Assembly: GCA_002269645.1 (NCBI GenBank)
Contig: NIVC01004202.1
Location: 1 to 55,557, forward strand
Length of the DNA: 55,557 nt
Reading direction: 5' to 3'
Source: Macrostomum lignano
Taxonomy: Eukaryota
The translations under genes and the position numbers were made by a program. This document shows positions 15,200-27,848 of the stretch, in pieces (within the stretch, counting starts at the first letter, position 1; each line of letters starts with the position of its first letter). The notes under the pieces are model-generated. The model had not been told where the DNA came from, searched no databases, and saw only the letters and a program-made list of their open reading frames with translations.

Positions 15200-15772
15200 G
15201 TTACAGAGTTGAGACTTTACATTTAGACAGAGAATAAGTCAATGCAGAATTGTGTCAAGTTTGAAGTTAATCGCTTCCTATGGAGCAAACTTATGGCAGC
15301 TGAAAGTTAGTCAATTTTAAAACCCCTTTTACACATCTCTCCAGATAAGGGAAAGAGAGGCAGGCAGACAGAGGTTGGGGTGGCTGTCTCGCTGAAAAAA
15401 GCAGCCTAACTTTAAAAGTGCACAGTGCCATTTAGGATCAACTTTGAAACTGAAAATTTTACACGATTGTGTTAAAATAGTTGAAGATTACCTGTGTCAA
15501 ATTTGAAGAGAATCAGTAGAAGTGGAGCGCCGCTATGGAGGATTTAGTGAAAAAATCGCGCATTTTAAGCAGTTTTATGCACTTTAAGGTGGGAAGACTC
15601 AAATTTAGGAAATTTAAAAGTAGCCTAAGACATTCTCTGTAGCCATTTTAGGGTGGGTCTAAAATTTGGTGTCATTTGGTTGAGTGGTTTAGGAGTCTAT
15701 AGCGATCAAATTTGTACATAGATACACACACACATACACACAGACAGAGTTTTGATTTTTATAGGTAGAGAT
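15200..15772 (+). mobile_element. Possible Helentron/HINE (DINE-1-like) non-autonomous element; related end at about 2790-2860
   Basis: The end AATTTGTACATAGA-(CA/AC microsatellite)-CAGAGTTTT-ATTTTTATAGGTA(G/TA)GAT occurs at both sites. Family assignment is from recalled architecture only. Confidence 0.4.
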
Positions 15773-17608
15773 TTGCTGGAGCAGTAGCCAGTAGGAAAAG
15801 GCAGTACTATGCTTTAGAAAAAATTCAGAAGTGTGCCAAATGCCATCTGCAATTTTACAACTTTTTCTATGCAGGCAGAAAAAGATTGAAAAGTCATCTA
15901 TTTTTATAAGACTAGTCTAGATTTGAGAGTATAGATAGGCCTATGCATTCATTTTTTGGCATGTATTTGTAACTATTTGATTTTATTTGGGCATAGACCT
16001 AGTATAATCTAGACTATAAATGGAATGTACAATATAATATTCTAACTTAGGCCTAAATCTAATGACTAATTAATTACTTCTTTAGACTGTTAGGCATTGG
16101 CAAAATGTACCAACATTATTATTTTTATATAGCTATTATGTGATTTTTTAAGTATGAATATATACAAAAATAATCTTCTAAACTTTAACTTTCTAACATA
16201 AAACTTTTTATCCATGTCTAGCCTTCTTATAGTTAGGAAGTTGGCATAGGCCTAGTATGTGACAGAATATTTTTTGGAAATAAATCTATACTAGGCGCTA
16301 TCTACGTGCTAAATAATAATAGACCCTATGCCTAAGGCTATGGCTATAATTAGGGACTTTAGTGAGGGTTGCGCGAATGTCACGAGACGTAAAAAATGCT
16401 AAAAAGTGCCTAACTTTGCAGCCACAAAAGTAATAGAAAATGAAATAGTTGGAAAAAAACTTAATATACCCTAGAAAGATAAACATCACAGCTTCAAAAT
16501 GAAACCACTCGTTCACAGATACATAGCTTACAAGCCAAGTTGTGGACGGTTGAATAATGACTATATTTTGCACTTTTAGGAAAAGTGAAGCCGTTTCTAA
16601 AAAATACGGGTGTCAAGTAAAATTCAAATTTCTACGAAATGGGTCGTAATACTAACGACTTTAATACAAAATGAGAATGATGGAAGACTAAATTGTGGCT
16701 TTTTCGAAATATTTCGCATGTTTGCTTTTCGTGGCAATTGCACGAGGGTAAGAAAATGTTTGGATCTACTCTCTAAGCCTAATTTCAGAGTGCCACGTAC
16801 TGCCAGGGGCTAGAAAGACGCAGAATTTCATAAGGAAGACAATGGAAAAGTTTAACAACATTTCACTTTGGCGCAAGAGCGCGCCGCACATTTAAAGTAA
16901 CCCCCCCCCTTGAAATTTCAGCCACTTCAGTGACGCCAAATGTGCCTTCGTACGACATCACCTTTTGAGTCCTTACAATTGTGGCCTTTGTAAAACATCA
17001 TTTTAGAGCTATTCAGTGCTCTACCACTGGAACTGTTACATATCTATTCTAAAGTCCTATCCATGACTTGCCTGGCAATTGGTGTACAACTGACGGAATG
17101 TAAATGTTAAAATATACTCATGCATCAATCTATTTTAAGCAGTGACTTCTGCACTGATTGCGCAAAATTATTTTTTTTCAGTGGCAGGACTCACTGGACC
17201 GGGCAAAATAGATCTGTTATTGCTTTTTTTACTGAATTGCGATTGTAAATAACTCAATATATATTGCATATGAAATAAAAATGAAACGGTTTTACGTCGT
17301 GATCTTCCTTTGAAGGACTTGGAGAGTGCCCAGCATATTGCCCAGGGTCGCATATATATATGCATATTAGCATATACCGTCAGGCAGAGAAACTATAAAT
17401 TCATCAAATGCACAACAGTGAGCTGCAGAAATGTCCTACAGACTACAGAGAGTAAAATTAGCAATGTATCAACCAGCCATTTCAACACTCGCAATAGAAA
17501 AAATGTTTGCAGAATTAGGTAGTGTGTATGCACGGGTATGCATTGTGTGTATGCATTCATAATACAGCTACAAGCTACTGGAGTATACTGCATGTATACA
17601 TGTCATTG

Positions 17609-17842
17609 CAGTGTTGGGCACTAACTAGTTACATAGTAACGAAGTTACCAACTTTTGAGTAATTTTTAACGGAATTAAATTTTACAGTTACTTTTTTCGA
17701 AAAATCAAAGTTACTTGAAAAGCTTTCCGTTACCGTCGTAAAGTCAAAAAAGTTACTTTGTTTTTTTTGCTGGCATGCTTTTTGACCACTTGCGAAGGGT
17801 GCAACTGCCAGCAACAGCAATACTGTTCTAATCGCCCTTTTT

Positions 17843-17894
<52 letters not shown>

Positions 17895-18209
17895 AAATAT
17901 AAACAACACGAAATGACACATGCATGACCACGATTAACCACATAATTACGCAGCAACATGCAAAACCGAATACCAAGGGAATCCCCACTCTCACTCTCTC
18001 AGCCACGATTTCCGATGTAATCCAGTTGCACAATTTGGCACACATAGAGGTGTTTGAGTCAAGGATGGGTACCAGGGTACAACCTGATAGTTTTACTTTT
18101 TTCCTAAAATAACTTCATTTAATCTCTAAAAGTTGCTTTTTTCCCGAGGTAACGGCAACTTTTATACATCTCAGAAAGTTACATTTTCCAGTAACTTTGC
18201 CCAACACTG
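17609..18209. mobile_element. MITE-like element, possibly hAT-related, with internal (CT)n
   Basis: Termini CAGTGTTGGGCA ... TGCCCAACACTG with subterminal GTTAC/GTAAC motifs; no 8-bp TSD found. Confidence 0.65.
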
Positions 18210-18375
18210 CATTTATAGAGTTGCATCCCTTTATTGCCTTTTATGTTTGCCTAGAAATTTAGTATATAAGCGTGGCGCATACCCCATTTACATACATTCA
18301 TACAAACACTTAGAGTTTTAGTATATAAAAGATAGCCATGCTTCAATCCAATCCAGCACAGCAACCAAAACTTCC

Positions 18376-18965
18376 TTAATACTCTGAGAGTACATTCAAT
18401 GTTGACCCAAGGTAGTCCTTGTACAAGTCGACGGCATGGAGTTCCCCTGGGTAGTTATCAAATGCCACCTCGAATTTGCGATCGAGGATGTCCTGGCGGC
18501 GTGTGCTGGATGGGAGCTCCCGTTGCACCACGCCCTCCTCCCACTGCTCGCCGTCGGTGTACTCATAAAGTAGCTCGATGCGTTTGCCAACGATATCCGG
18601 CAGATTTGCCAGACTCTGGGGTGCAGGGTTGTTTGATGGGCCAGCTGCCTCCTGGTCCTGGCTTCCGGCTTCCCGGCGCTGTGGCCCCGCTTACGTCGCG
18701 ACACGGATACAGGGCGTGAGGCAGGAGCAGCCGGTTGCAACTTCTTGGCGATGAGCTTCTCCACAGCAGCACTACACTCTGCAGCTGGACGGACATGGCA
18801 TCCCATTGCAGCTGGCATGGGCAGCATACCAGCCGCTTCCTCGTCAGCTTTGGCCACGATGTCAATGACCTCCAGAAGCTGTTCTTGAAGCTGGGCCACT
18901 GTCCGCTTCACACCCTGCACGGAAAAACTGCAGCAGCACAGCCTTTCCGGCGGGTAAGGTGGTCT
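18376..18965 (-). pseudogene. Exon fragment ending in a spindlin/Tudor-like domain, frameshifted; possibly transposon-derived
   Basis: Acceptor at 18966-18968 leads to FSVQGVKRTVAQLQEQLLEVI. A different frame (18603-18376) reads LPDIVGKRIELLYEYTDGEQWEEGVVQ...FEVAFDNYPGELHAVDLYKDYLGSTLNVL*. Confidence 0.55.
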
Positions 18966-21530
18966 CTGTGGATTGTTTGTACAAAACGGAAATGTGAGTA
19001 GAAGTTAAATAAGTCATAACGTACAGAAAATCGACTACAAGTGAGCGTCTATCATTTAGGTCATGTTGCATTTTTATAATGTGGGTCCCTCTCTGAATGA
19101 CAATTAAAGTTAAGTAGGCCAAAATTATAATAAAATGTCAGAAGTTTTTACTCACCATAATTATACTGCTTATATTGCTTACTGCTTATATAGGACATTA
19201 CTGTACCTATCTATGCCTATACTGCTTATATAGGACATTACTGTACCTATCTATGCCTATGCCAACCAGGCTATGGCTATGAAGGAAGTAGTATAGTACA
19301 CTGCCAATATTCAATAATTTGCAGTGTCACAAAACAAGTGTCACTGTCAGTAGTCAAACTGTATCTAATCTAAATTCTATTTAATTCTAATCGAGTTCTA
19401 CCTCTATAATCTAGTCTTAACTTTTAGTATTTTACTCTTTTACTTTTTTTAGTTGACAAAAAGTTAAAACAGTAAGTAAAAAAACAGTAACTAGTGTTTT
19501 TCTTGACCCCCTAATCCTTATCCATTGAATAATAATACTATGTTATCATACCATCTAATAAATAGAAAAAAATGCAAAAAAATGACATATCATTCACCTA
19601 TTTTGGACAAGTTAGAGAAATTTGACATAGCCTTAAATAGTCATATATTGCATGTACATCTAAAAAAATGCAGGAAAAACCTAACTCACTAGTAAATTTT
19701 ATTTTTTTCACTATGCATACAGTAATGTCACTATTCTTTTCAAACAATAGACAAAAAATGCAAAAAAATGACATATCATGCATTAAATTTGAACCATTAA
19801 GAGAAAAGTAACAAAACTTTTTATTAAAAAAACCTGCTTTTTCGGGCAAAAATGATCACAGAGCCTTATGGGAAAAATACATTACGCACACTTGAAAAAA
19901 ATTGGTGACAAAAATTGTCATAACTTTTTTATTATTGGACCGATTTTCAAAACTAAGGTGTCAAAATGCTCATACACCCAAGATCTATCAGATAGGACAA
20001 GAAAAATATCAAATTTCCAAACTTTCAAAATCTCACTGGAGTCCCTACTATAATAAAAATTTATAAGGCATCCACAAATTTTAGGATATATGCTCTTGCC
20101 TCTATACAAGGGGGCCTATATGGCTTAAAACATATCTAACATACTAAAATGGTTTGGCTAGGTAGGTATTAAGGCCTAGTCCTCAATCTAGCCCTCAAGT
20201 CACTTTTTTGTTAGTTAGGCTAGCAAACGCGATATATATAAAAAATATATAGGCCTATAACGTTTTTTACAAATTCTTTGCTTTTTAAATTCAGTTCAAT
20301 TTAACACGCGGAAAATTAAACCTTACATTTAAACAAAAATGAAAGTAACTATCAAATTCAGTGTGACTCAATGATCAAACAGAGCACAAATTAAGTGACT
20401 GTTTTTTTTAATTGTGTGTTAAAATAATCCCAAAATAATAAAATTACGAAATTATACATCAGCTTGGTTGCAAATTCTGGCTGATTTAAATTTTAAACGC
20501 TTATTAAAGTACACGTGTACAAAGGACCAAGCTGCGTGTACACTGTAGACAAAGTCGAGGAAAAAAGGCAAAAATCTTAGGGACAAAACATTTAGGGCAT
20601 TCAGAAGTGCCAATATAGTTTTAATGTTGCCATATGTAGACAGTGAATTAAGTCAGATAATCACGATTATTCCTATTATTGATGACGTTGCAATCCAAAC
20701 CAAAAGAAGGACAAACCATATCCTGGAATTGCATGAATATGCCCGCACCAAAATATAGGAATTACGAAACATGTACATAATAGAAACAAATTCATAACAG
20801 CAGTCTTTTCATAATATTTCATAATGAGCAATTCATAATAGCAGTATCTATGTAGAAGGGACTATGCATGAAGTACATGTACATGCATGCATGCTTGTTA
20901 CTCTATCCTATATGGAAAATTGTTCATGTATTTGTGACATTAATGAAATTCTCTTGATCTGAAGCTCGTCTCTTCACAGTGTGTTTATCCTGCTAAGTCG
21001 CTGCGTTGGTACCGAGTAGTTTGTTATATAAAGTTATAAATTTGTATAGAAATTCGTCTGATGTTACACAGCTTCATTAGGTATATTTTTCAATGTAAAT
21101 ACGTGGGAAAAAGTAAATATGTAATAATAATAGCTCGTTTGGTGTCGAAAGCAAGCGAACAAATTTAATATAGGTTTACCACAGCATAAACACTATGCGA
21201 TATGATATGAAAGTGAAGTTCTAATAAAGTTAGAAGCAATTTACACAAGTGACGATGGTGAGAGACAGAACGATATGATAAAAATGAAAAAGTCCCCGTG
21301 ACAAACATTCCCGGTGGCTCCGTCAGAGCCAATTTTTTTGAAATTCTTTTACCAAAACTGACTTTAGAACAATCAAAATCTCCAGCTTTATTTCTAAGCT
21401 CAACAAAAAGCTCTGCACGAGGCCCAAGATTGGCATGTTGAGTCGTATTTTTCTATAGATCTTCTAGTTAAGAAGAACAGTCGAGTAGTACGTGTACCTT
21501 ATTGAAAGCAGTTCGAGCCCGATGAGGGTG

Positions 21531-24007
21531 TCACAACAAACCCCAGCTGGCCTCGATGAGACGGGCCAGGCGCATGGCATCTGCCATGATCTGTTTCTGC
21601 CTGTCCGCCGCGTCGCTTGGAGGCAAATTCGACGACTCGTCGACGACCTCCGAATTCGAGAAGTTGGTCTTCTGCAGTTGCGTCTGCGGCGACCGCGGCC
21701 TGGAGAAGCCGTCACCAGCAGCGCCTCTTGACACCACATTCTCTGGGCGTTGCTGACTGACGAAATGCGGCGGCTCAATACGTTTTGGCGCCTTGCCGGG
21801 TCCAACGAAGTCCCGGGTTTTGAAGCGCAACAGCTGGATAGTGGTCTTGCCTGGGACTCGGTCGCCGCTGCCACTGCCGCCGACGCCAACGCCAACGCCT
21901 TCGCTGCCCTCGCTGCCCTCGCTTCCGTAGATTCGCGCCCCTCCTGTGGTTGATGTCACGCGGGAAGTAGCTGTTGACGTGACAGCAGCAGCTCCAGCCG
22001 CAGTTGTAGCAGTGCCTGAACCAGACGTCCAAGGACGCGGCGTGCCTCCGGTTGAAGGAGTTCGCAGCATCGAACTGAGCTCCGACGTTCTCTGCAATGT
22101 CACGTCCCGCTGGCGACGCTCAGGAGCTGCTGCAGCTGCCGCGGTGGCGGCCTTTGTGACAGCGTCGGACAGTCGACTGGATCGGCGACGATGCTGCCTA
22201 TCCAACGCTGCAAAGGAGACGGTGGCATCAGCGCTATCCGTCGATTCCGGCTCCGACGACTGTGGCATCGGTGTCATGACAACCTCTTGAGAGCGAGCAG
22301 CCGGCGGCGGTGGTGGTGGCGGCGCTGGTGGCGGCGCTGGTGGCGGCTGTGGCGGCGGCGGTGGTGGAGGCTGCCATCGATACGGCAGCGCTGAGCTGGC
22401 TGTTCGAGACGCTAAGACTGCACAAGAATCAAGGGTTTCGAAACTGACAGCCCAATTCTAGACGCGCTCGAATTGCTAACTGAGATTGCGGACACTAACG
22501 CAACGCATACCATGGAAACTGAGGGTCTATTATAAACGTTTTTCATCCCATATAATTCACTATAGATATATCTTTCGACTACCACTCAATTAATTTTCCT
22601 CAGACCTTCCTGGACAATCCTGGAGACATTAAAATGTATTTTATTTGCGAATTAAGCTATTGAACGGTGCGCACGTGCATAATAGCTAGTTGATCCAGAA
22701 GACGTATAGCTCATATTTACTCACAACTGGCATCAGCTGGCTCTTCTCTTCGGCTTGAAGTAGCCAGTTGTCTACAATTGGGAAATGAAAAAAATATCGT
22801 TTTTGAATGTAGCACTGAAAGGCTGACCATTCTCAATTACGAGCTACAGCGTGTTCCTCAAATGATAAAATTTGCGAACGACCTGGCTTTACGGTTCCGT
22901 ATAAAACTATGATTCATGGCTGATGTTTTGTAAAAGCAAAACTGAAAAGTTATCCACTGATTTCTCTATGATTTTGACTCTTCAAATGTTCATGAAGTGT
23001 TTAAATGCAATTGACAATTGCTACGGCTATGTTTTTGAGCCAAGGAGCTCCTGCATCTCACGCATTTCTCACCCAGGAGTTCGCAGCGCATCCGAAGCGG
23101 GAATCGACATGCCGCCTCCGACTCCGCTTCCAGCCGCGCCAACACTCGTGACATCGCCAGCTACTTGACTACCGGAGCTTCTAGCATGTCTTTCGTTGCC
23201 ACCATTCGCGCCTCCGCCAGCCCCCGCCGATGCGCCGGCGCGGTGCCCGGCGGCCTCTTCAATATAGATTGCAGCCAGCCTAGAGTTGAATGATACCAGA
23301 ATTTTACTGGCGCCATCGATGCGCGGTAAATGCTGACTTGCCGACGCCCAGTCGGCTGTTGACGGTCCGGCGGGCAGCTGTTCTGGCGGCTCCCGGGTGC
23401 GGGTGAACTGCCGGTCCCACTGGCACACCGGACAATCAGCGTCCGAGATGGACACCTCGGCCAGCGGCTGTTCGGTCAGGCTGTACAAGTCGCACTCCCA
23501 CTGCCGATTGTACAGAGCTTTCAAGTCGGATTGACAAGTGGATTGATAGCTCTGGTGGCAGTTTGGTTGTTGTTGTTGTTGTTGTTGGCAGTTTGGCTGC
23601 TGGTAGATTAGTTCTTGACAGCTTTGCTGGCAGTTGGATTGTTGCCAGGTGTCCAGGTAGGAAAACTGATACTGAGGGTAGGCTAGCGGGTCACCGAGCT
23701 GGGCCGATCCAAGTTCGGTCGGCGGTCTCGTAGAGAACTCTTCCTGATACTGATAGATAGAGTCAGGCTGATAAATTGACTCTGGCTGATACGGCTGCTG
23801 CTGTTGCTGATGCCAAAGGCCGCTGGCAGATTCCTGCATAGTTTGGGAAAGCCAGCCGCCCGATCCGGACTGCATGATGTCTGCCTGATATGATTCTGAG
23901 CGGCGCGATGGGGTGAGGTCAATACCACCGCTCTGACCTCTAATGGCGATTCTGTTTGAGTACAAAGCAATAGATGGCGCCCGAGCGACCACAACCATAG
24001 ACACCAA
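21531..24007 (-). CDS. Orphan low-complexity (Gln/Pro/Ala/Ser-rich) protein of about 620 aa; exons 24007?-23073, 22771-22725, 22417-21531
   Basis: GTGAGA and GTGAGT donors and TAG/CAG acceptors. Phases 2 then 1 join three segments into one open frame through a 47-nt microexon. Start codon uncertain. Confidence 0.7.
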
Positions 24008-24085
24008 ACCAGTGATAGTAACGCTCTTTATAAGACGTTCTGTTTTTACGATATGCTTCCTTATTTCAACGACATATATACATTA

Positions 24086-24705
24086 AATTGTGCCCTGGAT
24101 CTCGCATCTCTATAAATTAAATTGTGTCCTGAATTTCCCGTCTCTACATCAAATTGTGTCCTGAATCTCCCGTCTCTACATCAAATTGTGTCCTGAATCT
24201 CCCGTCTCTACATCAATTTGTGTCCTGAATCTCCCAGTCTCTACATCAAATTGTGTCCTAAATCTCCCAGTCTCTACATCAATTTTTGTCCTGAATCTCC
24301 CAGTCTCTACATCAAATTGTGTCCTGAATCTCCCAGTCTCTACATCAAATTGTGTCCTGAATCTCCCAGTCTCTACATCAAATTGTGTCCTGAATCTCCC
24401 AGTCTCTACATCCAATTGTGTCCTGAATCTCCCAGTCTCTACATCAAATTGTGTCCTGAATCTCCTGTCTCTACATCTAATTGTGTCCTGAATCTCACTC
24501 TCTACATCAAATTGTGTCCTGAATCTCCCAGTCTCTACATAAATTTTTGTCCTGAATCTCCCAGTCTCTACATAAATTTGTGTCCTGAATCTCACAGTCT
24601 CTACATCTAATTGTGTCCTGAATCTCCCAGTCTCTACATCTAAGTGTGTCCTGAATCTCCCAGTCTCTACATCTAATTGTGTCCTGAATCTCACTCTCTA
24701 TCTCA
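24086..24705. repeat. 32-33-bp minisatellite
   Basis: Unit AAATTGTGTCCTGAATCTCCCAGTCTCTACATC. Confidence 0.97.
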
Positions 24706-24972
24706 AAGCTGTGTTGTAAATCTCCTAATTGTAGTTCTAATTCTAATTGTGCCAACATCTCAATTCCCGACACAAATTATGTCCAAAATCTCACTGTCTG
24801 TTGCCCTAAAGTCTCTCTCAGGTAAACAAAATAAACCAGTTGGATTGGCCACATGCATGCTGTGGATACGCAATTCAATATTAATGTATTTATTAATCAT
24901 AAACTAATGCACCAGATTTCATACTATATACTACGAGGCAACACAAAATTAGTAAAAAACCGCCATGGACAG

Positions 24973-25296
24973 TCAAAGATCCTCCCGCAGGTTAATCAAG
25001 TACAGCTCTCCCTTCTCCGCCTTGCTCTTCGCCGTCTCGCAGTGGACAGCCCATTCTAGCTCGTCCCGGAACCGGGCAGGACAGTGCATCATGGTGCAGG
25101 TGTCCAGGCCGCCGCCCTCCTCTGTGCACTGGCACGAGTTACAGCCGTCAGGCGAGAACTGGAAGCCAGCGTGCTTGGCGTCCTGGCAGAATTCTCTTGC
25201 GTCGAAACACGGGCCGTTGAAGTCCTCCGCTGACAGCAGAGTTGCCGTGAGAACCAACGACTGAAGCACAATGAGCAGACTACTCATCTTCGACAT
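24973..25296 (-). CDS. Small secreted Cys-rich protein with a pacifastin-like inhibitor motif (107 aa)
   Basis: Hydrophobic signal peptide MSKMSSLLIVLQSLVLTATLLSA; C...CNSCQC...GGG...CTMMHC matches the pacifastin C-CNxCxC-G-CTxxxC pattern. Confidence 0.72.
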   Translation of the reverse strand: MSKMSSLLIVLQSLVLTATLLSAEDFNGPCFDAREFCQDAKHAGFQFSPDGCNSCQCTEEGGGLDTCTMMHCPARFRDELEWAVHCETAKSKAEKGELYLINLREDL

Positions 25297-25741
25297 TTTT
25301 TCATTTGAAAACAGAATAAAGTTGAAGACTAGAATTTCAGTTATCATCGCGGCTTGTAAAGCAAAATTTAAGTAATCTACAGCTCAACGACGGTCGTGCC
25401 TTATCAACCAAAGCCAATTGGTTCATTTATTCTGGCTGAAAAAGTGACTGTATAAGCAAACGCCATAGCACTGACTCACTCAGCAATTGTCGCAATACGA
25501 GTACGAATTTTAATAAATGACTCGAGAGAGAGAGAGGAACAGCTTGGTAAATTCGCACCGGTGTTTTACATTGGATTGACCGCGGCTCTTGGAGTATTTT
25601 TGTCCCAGCTACGAGTATTTAAACTTGAATGCAAGCATAAAACTGCTAGTCAGAGGACTAAAATGTGTAACATTGTGAAACTACAGGCATATTTGAAGTC
25701 CAAATTTCATTTGAATTTAACTGTCGATCTTAAACGGCGTC

Positions 25742-26150
25742 CAGAATCTCACTCTCTACACATAGTTGTGTCCTGAATCTCACTCTCTACACATAGTTGT
25801 GTCCTGAATCTCACTCTCTACACATAGTTGTGTCCTGAATCTCACTCTCTACACATAGTTGTGTCCTGAATCTCACTCTCTACACATAGTTGTGTCCTGA
25901 ATCTCACTCTCTACACATAGTTGTGTCCTGAATCTCACTCTCTACACATAGTTGTGTCCTGAATCTCACTCTCTACACATAGTTGTGTCCTGAATCTCAC
26001 TCTCTACATGTACATCAAAAGTGCCCTGAATCTCACTCTCTACATGTACATCAAAAGTGCCCTGAATCTCACTCTCTACATGTACATCAAAAGTGTCCTG
26101 AATCTCACTCTCTACATGTACATCAAAAGTGTCCTGAAGCTCACTTCTAC
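25742..26150. repeat. 31-bp then 36-bp minisatellite, same family as 24086-24705
   Basis: Units GTCCTGAATCTCACTCTCTACACATAGTTGT and TGAATCTCACTCTCTACATGTACATCAAAAGTGCCC. Confidence 0.97.
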
Positions 26151-26654
26151 CTCTAGGTTGTATTGATAATAATAGCAAGGATGCGAACTCCCAATGTAGT
26201 TTGCAAAAATTATTTCATTTAAAAAATTGCTTCAATTTAATTAATTTATTGCCCCCATCTGCAATTAGCCACAGCAACAGCATTAGCGTGACAAAGCTCG
26301 ACACAAAATTTCATAGTTGCCTATTTGCCAACGCCAAATAATTGAGAATTGAAAATTTTGTCCGTTGCTAGGGGGGCAGAGAGAAGACAACCTTGTCCCG
26401 ATCGAAGACTGTTGGCATTTAGAAAATAAAAGCCTACAATCCGGCAGCAGCCGCACCATCTCTCATTGCGATAAATGCGACTGCAGAGTTTTCCAAGGCA
26501 TTCAACACAAAACACAGTGATGCTGTCTGACATCCTGCTGTGTGCGGTTGCTTTTCAACTTGTCGGTGAGTCGAAGCGATAACTCATGTATGTCTGGAGT
26601 AGCACCAGGGTTCCTGTGCCAAGTTGAGGCTTCAGGCTTCTTGATCCAAGATTG

Positions 26655-27095
26655 GCCATGGGCTTATTATGTAATTCAGGCCCAGGATCAGAGGGCCGAA
26701 CCTCAGGGCACAGCGTGTAGATTCGTAATGACGAGAAAGTCAGGGCCGCTGTACACCCAGTCTGCGTACTCAACCGAGTGTGTGCTCAGGGGTCAGTGGG
26801 ATAGGCATGACCTGCCTGTCTCCTTGCTGCCGACTTTCGCCTTGACTTGCGTTGAGAAAAAAACTGGCAAGAAAGTTGGGGGCACCCTGACGCAACGCCT
26901 TCGGCGACATCCGTCCCACAACCAACGCTGAGGCAATTCTGCCCATTCCGCTGACTCCTGAGCACATGCAAGCGCGCCAATACTGTACACACGCTCACAC
27001 AGGGTGTACAGCGGCCCTGACTCTCTAATCGTTAGGCATGTGCACTCTCTGTGCCTTGTGGGTTGGCCCTCATGGGTATGAGCCGAATGAATGTG
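26655..27095. mobile_element. MITE-like inverted pair of a dispersed repeat family (other copies at 1-130 and 34978-35040)
   Basis: GAGAAAGTCAGGGCCGCTGTACACCC (about 26728-26757) is the reverse complement of GGGTGTACAGCGGCCCTGACTCTC (about 27003-27027), with weaker flanking similarity. Confidence 0.6.
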
Positions 27096-27099
27096 GCCG

Positions 27100-27157
27100 C
27101 CCACGGAATCGAACCAGGGATCGTGGCGGGAGAGTCCGGTGCCTTTACCGTCGTTTA
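27100..27157 (-). mobile_element. tRNA-derived fragment (SINE head or tRNA pseudogene)
   Basis: Minus strand GGTAAAGGCACCGGACTCTCCCGCCACGATCCCTGGTTCGATTCC contains a B-box but no full acceptor stem. Confidence 0.45.
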
Positions 27158-27577
27158 TAGAACTACAATAAATAAAACACTTCTAATACCCATCAGCAGG
27201 TGCGACTGCGGCCCCACATGCAATCGGACGGCGGTACTCGGTGTGCACGGAGTTCGAGATCGAACTGCTTAATCTGACCATTAGCAAAAACGATTCCAGG
27301 ATCGTCTCGATGACTTTCAGCCTGCAGTTGGAGTGCCTGGCCGGCTGCGAGAAGGCGGACTGCACCGCGGTGGTCTTCGAGGCAGAGAGCGTGTGCCACG
27401 CCGTCTTGTTGCTACCAGCTGCCAGTCCGTACAACTCATCCGGCCAACAAGCCGTGGCCATCCTGTCCAAGGCCGGTAGGATTGCGTGGAGGCCGCTCGA
27501 CTGGGGCGTGTGGATTTCGCCTTTGCACTTCGAAAGTGAGCGTTTTTAACTAGAATGTTTTTCTACAATGTTTTTTT

Positions 27578-27848
27578 CATCTAATGGCCAGATGTGCAGC
27601 CGACAGCTCAGCCGCAGCTATTTCGCGGTTCATCTGAAGGCTGCGTACGGCTGTTCAGCCCCATGACTGGGGGTCGCCACTCACACCCTCAATTACCCCA
27701 GCTAATGCTGGCACCCATTTTACAGCAGGGTGAACTGAAGCACTGCAGATCAGTTAAGTGTCTTGCTCGAGGACACAAATTGTTCTAGTGGGATCGGGAA
27801 TCGAACCCCCGACCTTCAAGTCATGAGTCCGACGCTCTGACCACTAGG
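27578..27848 (-). mobile_element. tRNA-derived SINE with CORE-like central domain
   Basis: A box TAGTGGTCAGAGC, B box GGTTCGATTCCC, then GTGTCCTCGAGCAAGACACTT...CACCCTGCTGTAAAATGGG; homologous copy at 48172-48479. Confidence 0.8.

Noticed and set aside
24176-24773. Repeat ORFs and possible CRISPR array
   Set aside because: Minisatellite without spacers.
27787-27848. Functional tRNA gene (CAT near anticodon position)
   Set aside because: Acceptor stem is not formed and it runs directly into a SINE core; called a SINE head.
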